From the NCBI GenBank assembly GCA_963806035.1, contig CAWDWO010000025.1:1-20254 (forward strand): 20,254 nt of DNA. The letters are read 5' to 3'. The notes below the pieces were generated by a model, which was not told where the DNA came from, ran no database searches, and was given only the letters and a program-made list of their open reading frames with translations. Positions 1 through 7,461 of this stretch are shown in pieces. Numbering within the stretch: position 1 is the first letter of the stretch; every line of letters begins with the position of its first letter. A program made the translations under genes and the position numbers. The DNA is from Candidatus Krumholzibacteriota bacterium. GTDB lineage: Bacteria; Krumholzibacteriota; Krumholzibacteriia; JAJRXK01.

Positions 1-269
1 TGATGCCGCATTGCTCGGCTTGAGCTTGACCAAGGTGGCGCCCCATTCGCCTTCCCCGCTACCGCCCAATCGGTACCCCTGCACGTAAGGGAGCCTCTGC
101 AGGATGGCGTGGACCGTCTCGCGCAGGGCGCCGGTTCCCTTTCCGTGGATGATCCGAACCTCGAGGATGCCGCGCCTGCGACATTCCTGCAGATAATCCG
201 GAACGAGGCTCTTTACCTCGCCGGGCGAAAGATGTGAAGGTCCAGGGTTCCATCGATGGGAAACTCCAT
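1..269 (-). pseudogene. Stand-alone Smr/MutS2 C-terminal domain protein, frameshifted at about 223-225 (real lesion or homopolymer sequencing error); 3' end outside the window
   Basis: Manual minus-strand translation from ATG at 269 (GGGAG RBS 6 nt upstream) gives MEFPIDGTLDLHIFRP. After a 1-nt shift it continues GEVKSLVPDYLQECRRRGILEVRIIHGKGTGALRETVHAILQRLPYVQGYRLGGSGEGEWGATLVKLKPSNAAS. LDLH, IIHGKGTG and G-GATLV are the hallmark Smr motifs. Not in the ORF track. Confidence 0.9.
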
Positions 270-441
270 GTGCTGCTCCCGTCTAGTTTGCGCCGCGGAG
301 TTCAGTGGCTACGCAGAATGGCCGGCCCGCTCTGAACTACCGGGGAGCCGGAACGCCCTCCACCTGCTCGGAGCCGAAAAGCCATACAACTGCCGCGCTC
401 CGATTGCTATCGTTATGGTATCTCGCGCGTGGAGGTCGGCC

Positions 442-1302
442 ATGACGCTTCCTTCCCTTCCTCGAGGGTCAAAGTGGAAAAGGCGGGTGTGGTGGTTGCT
501 CATCGTAGTTCTATTCTTGGCTGCGATGGCGATTCGGCATCAGACTTTCAGCTGGGGAATTCTCGGCCTGTGCGTACTCTGCTTCGCCTGCGAACTCATG
601 GACAGCTCCTTGGGGATGGGCTATGGGACCACGCTCACTCCGGTTCTCTTGGCCTTTGGATTCCATCCCCTGGATTTGGTTCCCACCATTCTCGTCTCGG
701 AATTCCTGAGCGGCTTCGCCGCCTCTTACTTTCACCACGATTCCGGTAACGTCGACTTTCGACGTGGATCCAAGGACCTGCAAGTGGGCTTGCTCCTGGC
801 GGTGGGAAGCGTGGTCGGAGTGGCAATTGGAGTCAATTTGGCGCTCGAAATTCCCACCAAACTTCTCAAACTCGTCATCGGCTGCATTATCCTCTTTGCC
901 GGAGTGATCATCTGGATACAACTCGAGCACAGCTTCCAGTTCACCCGGCGGAAGATGTTCCTTCTGGCGAGCATCGCCTCCTTCAACAAGGCGCTGAGTG
1001 GCGGAGGCTACGGACCGCTCATGACGAGTGGTCAGATCCTTGGCGGCATCAAGGGCAAGACCTCGGTGGCCATCACCTCCTTCGCGGAGGGCTTCACCTG
1101 TCTCATCGGGGTGGTTCTCTTTCTCGCGCGTTCGCGCAGCATTCACTTGGACTTGTTGATGCCCGTGCTCGCCGGGGCTCTCCTTTCGGTGCCCTTCTCG
1201 GTGCAAATCGTGAAGCAGGTGCAGGAGCGGCGATTGAAGGAACTGATCGCCGGGCTCACCATTCTGATGGGAGCCTTCACCATTCTGAAGGTGTTCGTAT
1301 AA
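442..1302 (+). CDS. Sulfite exporter TauE/SafE (DUF81) family permease
   Basis: Multi-TM protein with DSSLGMGYGTTLTPVLL and NKALSGGGYGPL motifs typical of TSUP/TauE proteins. Start moved from 256 to ATG 442, which follows GGAGG at 431-435. Confidence 0.85.
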   Translation: MTLPSLPRGSKWKRRVWWLLIVVLFLAAMAIRHQTFSWGILGLCVLCFACELMDSSLGMGYGTTLTPVLLAFGFHPLDLVPTILVSEFLSGFAASYFHHDSGNVDFRRGSKDLQVGLLLAVGSVVGVAIGVNLALEIPTKLLKLVIGCIILFAGVIIWIQLEHSFQFTRRKMFLLASIASFNKALSGGGYGPLMTSGQILGGIKGKTSVAITSFAEGFTCLIGVVLFLARSRSIHLDLLMPVLAGALLSVPFSVQIVKQVQERRLKELIAGLTILMGAFTILKVFV

Positions 1303-1418
1303 GGACTAACGCAGCCTGCTAACTCACCAGGCTCCGCACTTCATGCAGCTCGACGGCAGGCTCGTTTAAGCAACTCTGGCGCCCCTGCCACAACAAACGT
1401 GCGTACTTCCGGTCGAGC

Positions 1419-1427
1419 TGCTACACT
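1419..1427 (+). promoter_or_regulatory. Possible extended -10 promoter (TGnTACACT) for the secreted-protein gene
   Basis: TGCTACACT about 80 nt upstream of ATG 1508; no clear -35. Confidence 0.35.
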
Positions 1428-1507
1428 CCCGGCGATGTCGGGTGGTGTATGAGGGGTTCGTTTGTCTCGCACGTGGCAGGTTCGTTCCTGCTGAGAGAGG
1501 ATTCTTG

Positions 1508-2215
1508 ATGAAACGTTTGCTATGCCTATCCATCCTCCTAATCGTGCTCCCATCGCTTGCCTCGGCCGCCCCGGTGACCGGGACATACACTTCCACCGAT
1601 CTCGGTGGTTTACTCTATACCGGCCGTGCTTCCACTTGGCGTTCGGGCATCAACTCCGGTTTGCCCCACGTCTTGCACGCCCAATCGTGGGACGGAACCA
1701 CTCTCGGGACGCAGTGGGAAATCAGTTGCCCGACCGAGAATTCCGCGTTCACGGTAGAAGACAACCGGGTGAACGGTAACGGTACCGTCGTCTATACTTC
1801 ACATTTTAACGGTGGCACTTTCACCTTCTACCCCGGGGCTTGGCCTTGGGGAGACGGTAGCGGAACCCTGGGCCTAACCACCTTGATCACGACGGTACAG
1901 TACGTGATGATCAACGGTACGAGCACGCCCACAGCGTCCGTGGTGAACGGAAACACGACCGGCACCTTCGACGATGGCTGTGCCTTGGTTTTCGGAATCG
2001 GGAACGGCTATGGTGCGGGGGAGACTACCAGTCTCGATCCAGGGATCACCATTCCTGCGGACTATCCGATTTTTCTCGACGGTAGCTGTGCGGCCGCATC
2101 CGCGGGACAGCAATATGGAACTTGGGGATCGGTCATCACCATCACGGTGCAGATCGATTGCTCGGTTCCCGTCGAGAACAGAAGTTGGAGCGCCATGAAG
2201 GCGGCGTATCGCTAG
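1508..2215 (+). CDS. Secreted hypothetical protein (Sec signal peptide, Gly/Thr-rich, probably beta-rich) with a conserved-looking C-terminal 'SWxxxKxxY' tail
   Basis: ATG 1508 follows GAGAGAGG. MKRLLCLSILLIVLPSLASA-A is a classic signal peptide. Four Cys in the mature part; ends CSVPVENRSWSAMKAAYR. Confidence 0.85.
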   Translation: MKRLLCLSILLIVLPSLASAAPVTGTYTSTDLGGLLYTGRASTWRSGINSGLPHVLHAQSWDGTTLGTQWEISCPTENSAFTVEDNRVNGNGTVVYTSHFNGGTFTFYPGAWPWGDGSGTLGLTTLITTVQYVMINGTSTPTASVVNGNTTGTFDDGCALVFGIGNGYGAGETTSLDPGITIPADYPIFLDGSCAAASAGQQYGTWGSVITITVQIDCSVPVENRSWSAMKAAYR

Positions 2216-2246
2216 GCCGAGTTCTCTGCCAGCGAATCGTCTGATG

Positions 2247-2280
2247 AAGGGGCGCCGGATCACCGGCGCCTTTTCTTTGT
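2247..2280 (+). terminator. Rho-independent terminator
   Basis: GGCGCCGG(2251-2258)-ATCA-CCGGCGCC(2263-2270) perfect 8-bp stem followed by TTTTCTTT, about 35 nt after the stop at 2215. Confidence 0.85.
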
Positions 2281-2333
2281 GCGGCGATACGACTTTCTGT
2301 GCGGCGATTCGACTTTTTGTGCGGCGATCCGTC
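2274..2333. repeat. 3 x 20 bp tandem direct repeat with invariant core TGTGCGGCGAT
   Basis: Units: TCTTTGTGCGGCGATACGAC (2274-2293), TTTCTGTGCGGCGATTCGAC (2294-2313), TTTTTGTGCGGCGATCCGTC (2314-2333). Confidence 0.9.
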
Positions 2334-2427
2334 CAAGAGACCCCAGCGTGGAACAACGCCAGCTCGGCGCCTCATCATCCTTCCTTCCCATCCGGTATGC
2401 GACGCCGGAGTTTTTGGCTGGGGCCCC

Positions 2428-2456
2428 TTGACACACTCATCTGTTTGTATTATTCT
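2428..2456 (+). promoter_or_regulatory. Sigma70-type promoter for the HNH gene
   Basis: TTGACA (2428-2433) - 17 nt - TATTCT (2451-2456), in an AT-rich patch of a GC-rich window. Confidence 0.8.
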
Positions 2457-2501
2457 TCTACTACGCACCACCTCCATAGCCTCCCAGTCTTGGAGTTTCG
2501 C

Positions 2502-4424
2502 GTGTCGTACCGTAACTATCCAGACACACCGTCTCTCGAGGAGATCAAACGCGATCGTCATGCGGCAACGCGGAATGTTCCTCTGAGCGAATTGACTTTA
2601 CGCTCTTTATTCGTACTCGGGAGCCGTTCTGACGCCAGCAGTTGCCAGCCGGAGCTGGAAACCCACTCGATCGCCGATCTGCGCAAGAGCTACGCGGCCT
2701 ATCGCTCGGCCGAATCGCGGCTCTTGCTGCGCCTCTGTCTGGTTTGCGCCTACTTCGTCGCGCTTCGCGGCCCGCGCTGGCTCGCTCAGTCCCAGCGCGA
2801 CTACGCAAGCGCGCTTTTGGGTGTGCCCCACTCCACCTTCCTCAGATGGGTGCGGGTGGGCCGCCTGCTCATAGCGCGACCGCAACTCCGAACCCCCTTT
2901 CGGGATGGTCGGCTGAGGCTTCATGCCCTCGACGAACGCGCGCGTCGGGGTATCGACGAGCACCGAAGCTCCGGTCCGCACGATGATTCCGCCTCACGTC
3001 GCGCACTTGATGGACGTGAGGGCCGAGAAGAAGACCGCATGGGGACCAACTCCGAACTGCGAACCACGGGGAAAGTCGCCGCCGCGAGCGCGGGCGAACC
3101 GTCGCGCGGGATCGCTTCGGACGAGTTCCTGGACCTTTCGTTCTCCGCACCGGCGCCGGCCATCCTCTACTTGGAAGACACCATGGTTCTGGCCCGCGCG
3201 ATGGTGGGACAGAGCCAAGGCGACGAGGAAGCCGTCATTGCACTCCTCGCGGAAGCCGGGAGTGAAGCCATTCGCGGAGCCGTCCCGCAGCTCGATGCCG
3301 CGCGGGCGCGACGTCGTTTCGGCATCAAGAGCGAATCAACCCGTGCAGAAACAAAAAGCGTTGCATCTGGCTGCCTTTCCGGCGGCCGGGCGCTTCCGCA
3401 TCCCACGCTGCCGGCTCTGGCAGAGCACGCTCAGCGCCGCTATGCCTTCCGAGTGCATGCGCTCCTGCGGCGTCTCATGGAGCGGCGCACCCGCCTGCGC
3501 ACACGGCAGGAAGATCAACTCTACCGGTGGATGCTCGATGGGGTGCACGAACGATGTGGCTATCGTAATTTCGAGAGTTTTGCCAGGGACATCCTCGACC
3601 TACCGCGCTCCAGCTGCAACGATCGCCTGCGTCGCGCGCGGGAACGGAGACGCAATCATCCGATCTCGCTCGCACGCGCTCGCAACGAGATCTCCATCGT
3701 GCAGGCCGATCTTCTGGCGCGTCTGCACCGGCGCTGTCACGTCCCGGTGTCCGATTTGGAAAGGTGGATTCGATTCGCAGTGCACCACACCGTGCGCGCT
3801 TTGCGTGCCGCCATCGATTGGGCCCGACGGCAACTCCTCACGGATTATCGTCCGTGGTCTCTCGGCGGCTGTCGTCCTCCGCAAGCTGACCAACTCCGAA
3901 CCGTGAACCACTCGCTGGAGAAGTTGGTCAAAAATCCCGCGGGCGATGCGATCAGCGAAGCGCTTCTGGAGTGGAACGACGCTCCGCGAGGAACCGTGCG
4001 CTTTCGTTTGAGTCGGGAAACCAGGGATGAGCTACTCGTACAGCTGGCCTTTGAGCAGGATCAGGTGCAGGCCCAGGCGGAAACACCGGCCCCGCGCAAG
4101 ATCCCGGCCTGGCTTGCACTGTGTCGAGTCTTTCATCGAGCTCGCCGCGTATGGGCAGAGCACCACATTGCGCTGCCGGCGGCGCAACGCCGCATTCTCG
4201 ATCGGGACGGCTGGCGTTGCGCGGCACCGGAGTGCACCCAGCGGCGGAACCTACAGATCCATCATCTACAATATCGCGCTCAGGGTGGGGACGATCGCGA
4301 CTCGAATCGCGTCACCCTCTGCGCTTTCCATCACCAAATCGGCGAGCATCAGGGCCTGATGCGCGTGCGTGGTGCAGTTCGAGACCGACGGAACGGGACT
4401 CACCTGGGAAATGGGCCTAGATGA
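2502..4424 (+). CDS. Large HNH endonuclease-domain protein with DUF222-like helical N-terminal modules; the true C-terminus may extend to 4479 through a frameshift at about 4378-4380
   Basis: C-terminal RDGWRCAAPEC...IHHLQYRAQGGDDRDSNRVTLCAFHH is a Zn-binding HNH signature. The ORF-track start at 2244 runs through the terminator, repeat and promoter; GTG 2502 is in frame with GGAG at 2492-2495. Confidence 0.85.
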   Translation: MSYRNYPDTPSLEEIKRDRHAATRNVPLSELTLRSLFVLGSRSDASSCQPELETHSIADLRKSYAAYRSAESRLLLRLCLVCAYFVALRGPRWLAQSQRDYASALLGVPHSTFLRWVRVGRLLIARPQLRTPFRDGRLRLHALDERARRGIDEHRSSGPHDDSASRRALDGREGREEDRMGTNSELRTTGKVAAASAGEPSRGIASDEFLDLSFSAPAPAILYLEDTMVLARAMVGQSQGDEEAVIALLAEAGSEAIRGAVPQLDAARARRRFGIKSESTRAETKSVASGCLSGGRALPHPTLPALAEHAQRRYAFRVHALLRRLMERRTRLRTRQEDQLYRWMLDGVHERCGYRNFESFARDILDLPRSSCNDRLRRARERRRNHPISLARARNEISIVQADLLARLHRRCHVPVSDLERWIRFAVHHTVRALRAAIDWARRQLLTDYRPWSLGGCRPPQADQLRTVNHSLEKLVKNPAGDAISEALLEWNDAPRGTVRFRLSRETRDELLVQLAFEQDQVQAQAETPAPRKIPAWLALCRVFHRARRVWAEHHIALPAAQRRILDRDGWRCAAPECTQRRNLQIHHLQYRAQGGDDRDSNRVTLCAFHHQIGEHQGLMRVRGAVRDRRNGTHLGNGPR

Positions 4425-4605
4425 GTACAGGCGCCCCCTCATGGTCTACCGCGACGGCACGCTCTTGGCACCGGTGTGACCGCGGGTCACTCCACTGCAC
4501 GTCGCCTTAAGTGAGTAACGCAGACGGCGGGCGAATCCGGACACGGAGATGTCCCCGGATGGCGAGGTCTTGCCGAGCTTGGACCGAGGTCATCGCGACT
4601 AGAGT

Positions 4606-4634
4606 TTGCCCCGAATCACCCGATCGAATACAAT
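4606..4634 (+). promoter_or_regulatory. Sigma70-type promoter of kinase copy 1
   Basis: TTGCCC (4606-4611) - 17 nt - TACAAT (4629-4634); conserved in front of copy 2. Confidence 0.75.
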
Positions 4635-4665
4635 CCGGCCTCCCTCAAGGACAGGATTTTAGCCC

Positions 4666-7332
4666 TTGGCTGACAAGCACCTTGGCCACTACCAGATCCT
4701 CGAGAAACTCGGCCAGGGAGGCATGGGCGAGGTGTGGCGTGCTCACGACCTGAATCTTGATCGTGACGTCGCCCTCAAGCTCCTTCCTCTCGATCTGGCC
4801 AACGACCCGGAGCGCATTGCCCGCTTCCGGCGCGAGGCCCGCGTATTGGCCTCCCTCAACCATCCGAACATTGCCCATCTTCACGGTTTCGAAGAGGACA
4901 AGGGCCAGAGCTTCTTGGTGATGGAGCTCGTCGAGGGCGAGGAACTCGAAAAGCTCATCGACCGCGGGCCCCTCCCCATCCCCGAAGCGGTCACCATCGG
5001 GCGCCAGATCGCGGCCGCCCTGGAGAGCGCCCACCAGAATGGAATCGTGCACCGCGATCTCAAGCCCGCGAACGTCATGCTCACGAGCGAAGGTCGCGTC
5101 AAGATCCTCGACTTCGGGCTTGCCCGCGCCTTCTCCGGCGACGACGAATCCGAAGCCGACATCGCCAACTCCCCCACTATTACTGCCGCCATGACGCAAG
5201 CGGGCACCATCCTCGGCACCGCCGCCTACATGAGTCCCGAGCAGGCCCGGGGTAAGAAAGTCGACCAGCGCAGCGACATCTGGGCCTTCGGCGTCATCCT
5301 GCACGAGTTGCTCACAGGGTCCCGCCTCTTTGGAGCCGATACCGTCAGTGACACGGTAGCCAACGTTCTAAAGAGCCAGCTGGACCAGAGTCAGCTTCCA
5401 TCCGACACCCCGGCGGCGCTGCGCCGCATCCTACGACGATGCCTGCAACGCGATCCCGATCGGCGCCTGCACGCCGCCTCCGATCTACGAATCGAGCTGG
5501 ACGAGTGTCTCGACGAAGCGCCGTCGCGCGAAACGAAAGCCACCGCCATCACCTCCAGCATGATCCTGCGCCGGTCTCTTCCCTGGATCGCGGCCGCGCT
5601 CGTTTCCCTGCTCGCCATCTTCGGCCCCTGGAGAGCGAACCGAGGCCCCGGGGATTCGCAGCTCCTTCAGCTGAGCGTCCCCCTCCCCTATGGGATGACC
5701 CTGGAGGGTGGCCCCGAGCAGGGGTACATGGCCCTATCGCGGGACGGCAAGAGCATCGCCTACGTCGGCCGTGAGAACGAATCCACCCAGCTCTATCTCC
5801 GCCGCCTGAACGAAACCAAAGCCCGCGGAATCGCAGATACCGATGGTGCCAACAACCCCTTCTTCTCTCCGGACGGCAACTGGGTGGCGTTCTTCTCCAA
5901 CGGATACCTGCGCAAGGTCTCAACCCGCGGAGGGGCACCCGTCGATCTCTGCCCGGTGCAAGTGAACCGCGGTGGCACTTGGCTCAGCGACGACACCATC
6001 GTCTTCTCCCCCGGCTTTGCCACCCCACTCATGCGAATCTCCGCTGCGGGCGGCACCGCAAAAGCCCTGACCAGGATTGACGCAACGCACAAGGAGAGAA
6101 CGCACCGCTGGCCAGCTCCGCTGGGCAACGACTGGATCATGTTCACCGTGGGCGACATGAACTCGCCCGGTGACTACGAAGACGCGCATATCGATGCAGT
6201 CTCGCTCTCGACGGGAAAACGCATTACCCTTCTCGGGCACGCCTCGATTGCGCGCTTCTTTCCACCGCGCACTCTTCTCTACTCGCGGGGCGGAGTTCTG
6301 CAGCAGGTCGAGATCACGACCAATCCGCCGCACGTCACCGGAAGCGCCGTGCCCGTGCTCGAGGGAGTCGCCGGCGAACGCTCGAGCGGATCCGTGCACT
6401 TCGACATCGCCAACGATGGCACTCTGGCCTACGTCCATGGCGGCTCGGGACTCGATCCCACGCAAATCATCTGGGCCGAGCGCGATCAAAAATCACACCC
6501 TCTCGAGATGCCGGCGAACGTCTACGGCAACCCCCGCTTCTCCCCCGACGGGAAAAGCCTCTTGGTGCGAGTCGGAATCGGTAGCGGAATGGGCGACGTT
6601 TGGCTCTTCGATCTCGAGCGGAAAACCCTGCGGCGCGTGACCTTCGAGAATCGCATCGGGGGCGCGACCTGGCTGCCGGACGGCAGCGGCATCATTTACA
6701 ACGCGACTCCCGACAGCAACCAGCTCACTCTCCAGCCTCTCGATAGTGCGAAACAGACCGTGATCTTCCACACCAGTGCACCTCTGTCTCCTTCGGGAGT
6801 GACACCGGACGGCAAAGAAGTGCTCTTCAGCCGCTTTGGCGCCGCCAACTCGGATGTCGAGATCATCCCCATCCGTGAGAACTCCAAGCCCCGGGTGCTC
6901 GTTTCCGCCACATCCACCCAGTGGGCGGGCGTCATTTCTCCCAACAGTCATTGGGTCGCTTATTGCTCCGATGAATCGGGCCGCAACGAGGTGTACGTCC
7001 AGGCCATGCAGGCAACCGGCAAGTGGCAGGTCTCCAACAATGGTGGCACCTATCCACTTTGGTCCCCCGATGGCAAGGAGCTATTCTACATCAGTCACAG
7101 CTTCCTCATGTCGGTTCCGGTTCACTCCGACGCAACGCACTTTTCCTTGGGCGCTCCCGACATTCTCCTGAACTTGGAGAATAGTCCGAAGCTCATCGCC
7201 TCCCGCGAATACGATGTCAGTCCGGACGGTTCGAGCTTCGTATATACATCGGCCCCAACGGCCAACGCGGATCGTCGTCAACTCTCGATCATCCTGCACT
7301 GGTCTCCCGGGCGTTCCCTCGTGGCGAATTGA
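4666..7332 (+). CDS. Hanks-type Ser/Thr protein kinase with a hydrophobic (TM-like) segment and C-terminal TolB/PD40-like beta-propeller (copy 1)
   Basis: GQGGMGEV, VALK, HRDLKPAN, DFGLA, GTAAYMSPEQ and SDIWAFG are intact. Hydrophobic stretch LPWIAAALVSLLAIFG; repeated P-x-[FW]SPDG motifs. TTG start after AAGGACAGGA. Confidence 0.95.
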   Translation: MADKHLGHYQILEKLGQGGMGEVWRAHDLNLDRDVALKLLPLDLANDPERIARFRREARVLASLNHPNIAHLHGFEEDKGQSFLVMELVEGEELEKLIDRGPLPIPEAVTIGRQIAAALESAHQNGIVHRDLKPANVMLTSEGRVKILDFGLARAFSGDDESEADIANSPTITAAMTQAGTILGTAAYMSPEQARGKKVDQRSDIWAFGVILHELLTGSRLFGADTVSDTVANVLKSQLDQSQLPSDTPAALRRILRRCLQRDPDRRLHAASDLRIELDECLDEAPSRETKATAITSSMILRRSLPWIAAALVSLLAIFGPWRANRGPGDSQLLQLSVPLPYGMTLEGGPEQGYMALSRDGKSIAYVGRENESTQLYLRRLNETKARGIADTDGANNPFFSPDGNWVAFFSNGYLRKVSTRGGAPVDLCPVQVNRGGTWLSDDTIVFSPGFATPLMRISAAGGTAKALTRIDATHKERTHRWPAPLGNDWIMFTVGDMNSPGDYEDAHIDAVSLSTGKRITLLGHASIARFFPPRTLLYSRGGVLQQVEITTNPPHVTGSAVPVLEGVAGERSSGSVHFDIANDGTLAYVHGGSGLDPTQIIWAERDQKSHPLEMPANVYGNPRFSPDGKSLLVRVGIGSGMGDVWLFDLERKTLRRVTFENRIGGATWLPDGSGIIYNATPDSNQLTLQPLDSAKQTVIFHTSAPLSPSGVTPDGKEVLFSRFGAANSDVEIIPIRENSKPRVLVSATSTQWAGVISPNSHWVAYCSDESGRNEVYVQAMQATGKWQVSNNGGTYPLWSPDGKELFYISHSFLMSVPVHSDATHFSLGAPDILLNLENSPKLIASREYDVSPDGSSFVYTSAPTANADRRQLSIILHWSPGRSLVAN

Positions 7333-7385
7333 GCCCACGCGCAGCAATTCTCTTCTGGCTACAGACGACCGCATCCTGAGAGGAT

Positions 7386-7414
7386 TTGCCCCGAATCATT
7401 CGATCGAATACAAT
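7386..7414 (+). promoter_or_regulatory. Sigma70-type promoter of kinase copy 2 (and probably pgeF-wzi)
   Basis: TTGCCC (7386-7391) - 17 nt - TACAAT (7409-7414); differs from the copy-1 promoter at only 2 spacer positions. Confidence 0.75.
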
Positions 7415-7461
7415 TCCGACCTCCCCGAGGCCAAATTCCCCCAAGGACAGGATTGGTCCCC

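Noticed and set aside
59..253. 64-aa minus-strand ORF in the track
   Set aside because: Wrong frame of the frameshifted Smr gene.
256..441. N-terminal extension of the TauE ORF from ATG 256
   Set aside because: Overlaps the start of the divergent Smr gene and lacks an RBS; ATG 442 has GGAGG.
2274..2333. CRISPR or guide-array interpretation of the 20-bp repeats
   Set aside because: Only three contiguous units with near-identical intervening bases, no unique spacers, and no cas-like gene recognised in the window.
2244..2501. N-terminal 86 codons of the 726-aa HNH ORF
   Set aside because: They span a terminator, the tandem repeat and a near-consensus promoter, so they are almost certainly non-coding.
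4535..4560. ATCCGG...CCGGAT inverted repeat downstream of the HNH gene as terminator or element end
   Set aside because: Imperfect stem, no U-tract, and no convincing counterpart or target-site duplication on the other side of the gene.
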